Shown here: positions 62,301 to 64,000 of the stretch, piece after piece | How positions within the stretch are numbered: position 1 is the first letter of the stretch | Layout of the letters: every line of letters starts with the position of its first letter | Assembly (NCBI GenBank): GCA_036172245.1 | Contig: JAYWIR010000006.1 | Coordinates: forward strand, 2,604,001 to 2,668,000 | Length of the DNA: 64,000 nucleotides | From: Raillietiella orientalis | Lineage: Eukaryota | Direction of reading: 5' to 3' | Position numbers and translations under genes: made by a program | Notes under the pieces: model-generated | The model's database searches: none | Told to the model about the DNA's origin: nothing | The model's input: the letters and a program-made list of their open reading frames with translations, nothing else

Positions 62301-63804
62301 TCCGTCGGCTTCTTTCAATCTCCATCCATCGTTCCAACCATTATCCTTCCTCCCACGAGAGCAAACTGACAATCCCAGTTCGTTCCGCGACGGGGGGTCG
62401 GTGTAAATAGGACTTCGAGGTAGCCTGCTTGTTGAGTGGTATGGGAGCTCAGTGGCTACTCGGAAAGTCATTTTAATGGCTGTCGCGTCAAGGATTCTGG
62501 TTTGGGAGTCACAACGGTTTCTTCGTCTAGACAAGTACGAGCAGTGCCTATGGCTGATCGACCGACCTACTTCTTCCACTGCCTCCGTTCGGGGTACTCT
62601 CGAAAAAATCTTCTGTCTCCCCACTAACCGAAGAGCATGCGGAGAGAGATGGTGGAGAGCGGGGTTGCCGCCATCATCGGAGGTACGCCCTGGAAGACTT
62701 CGTTGCCTACGTGTCCTCCTCTACCACCAGCTCGGAGAATTCCTCAGGAACTCGACGGAGCCGCTCCCGCCTGGTGGCCGCACCCTTGCTGCAGGGTCTA
62801 AAGGCAAGCAATGACAGCAGCAAACCGTTGGGGCGGGTGCGACCAAACTTCTGGGAGATCGAAAGACGAGCGAGCCGCCTCATCTTTTTGGGGGAAGGGA
62901 CCACACGGCTGTCTGCAAAAGATGAGCACGGGCACAATGGAGTACACGCAGTGTATCATACGACAATCGACCACGGCCCATACAGACCACGCGTGAAGCC
63001 TTTACGTTGATGAAAAAAAAGGAAAAAAGAAACAGGAATGTGGATTTCGGCAGCATCCTTGCTTCATCTTTCTTTGCCCAACTCAGAGTTTCCCAGAATT
63101 GAATCATCGCCATTGTTAAGTCCCCTCTATTGAGTAGGGGTCATCTAACCAGAAGTGCCGAATTGTTAAACAGCCTATGGGATTATTGCATCCAGGAAGG
63201 GATCACACTCCATCCTTCATGAACCTTGACATCTTCCCATTTTTGAAACTACAATTTAAAGTATCTCAAGGTTCGTACTTTTGTCTCTATCCCATTTTTA
63301 GTTCCCACAGGTACTTTTTCTCATCGAAGGAAGAAGCCCTTTCTCGGTTGCGGTTCCGTAATCCTACAGAAGCGTTGCTTTGACCAGAGGGCAGCGTGAT
63401 TCGAAGATATCCTGGAGAATGAAGGAAACTCCGCTTATCCAGGAACAGATCCCTATGAGCAAAATGTCCTTATTGTTGCGTGCGGGCCTCAACTGGGAGT
63501 GCAACAGGGAAGTAGGCGGTGGACACATTGCGCCACCTTTCGACTCCGAAGTCCCGATGACTTTGAGCCTGCGGGCGGACTTGAAAATGCACGCTGCCGC
63601 ATGTGGAGACTGCAGCCACTCTACCCGCGCTGGCAGTCACGTGGCTGAGGTCTCTGCGCGAGGATATCAGGCGTCAAGGATTCAAATTTCCACGTGGAGG
63701 ATCGACACCGAGAAGAGGGGGTGCGTCGTGGGTTCCGAGCCTCCTCCCTTCCTCTCCCCGGAGGACAACCCTGCTTGGCACAAGGGCTTCGGAAACGGAG
63801 CTGG

Positions 63805-63975
63805 TTGACACCTGATAATGTCGGGGCGTTTATTTATAAAAAATAAACACATATCTTTCGCAGGACGCTTGCGAGGAGGAACCTGACGAAAACTGGCACA
63901 GAGACCAGCGGGGTTCACTTCGGCAGCCCACGAGAGGGGGAGACAGACAAAAAAGGGAAAAAATAAAACAAGAAA
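63805..63975 (-). mobile_element. LINE 3' UTR end, probably continuing beyond the window
   Basis: The minus strand reads ..gctgccgaagtgaaccccgctgg..aataaacgccccgacattatcaggtgtcaa, homologous to the ends at 23342 and 36771. Confidence 0.75.
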
Positions 63976-64000
63976 CATACAGTCAAAAAAAAAGGAAGAA

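Noticed and set aside
63120..63150. Helitron 3' end (small hairpin followed by CTAA)
   Set aside because: Imperfect hairpin, short spacing, no following T and no matching 5' end.

Overview
Eukaryotic, arthropod-like genomic DNA; no prokaryotic features are present. The first ~12 kb is a compact gene island. It holds a 4-exon secreted C-type lectin gene (+, 835-1727) and a full-length MMS19 gene (-, 8735-12030; at least 11 exons, introns of only 38-82 nt, one GC-AG intron, CpG-poor gene body). It also holds two weaker gene candidates, a decayed pogo/Tigger DNA transposon with a nested insertion, and two copies of a tRNA-headed composite repeat that carries a VNTR. From ~14 kb to the end the window is mostly a nested graveyard of decayed L1/Tx1-like non-LTR retrotransposons (ORF1, APE endonuclease, RT and zf-RVT remnants). 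Their 3' ends share a structured UTR and a terminal stem-loop instead of a poly(A) tail. Interspersed with these are tandem arrays of a tRNA-derived SINE-like unit, three recent local duplications (one an apparently identical 1.29-kb inverted pair), a perfect 30-bp hairpin and a palindromic 20-bp minisatellite. Most ORFs in the supplied track look spurious (GC-rich or antisense). All alignments and motif calls were made by eye, and transposon boundaries are approximate.
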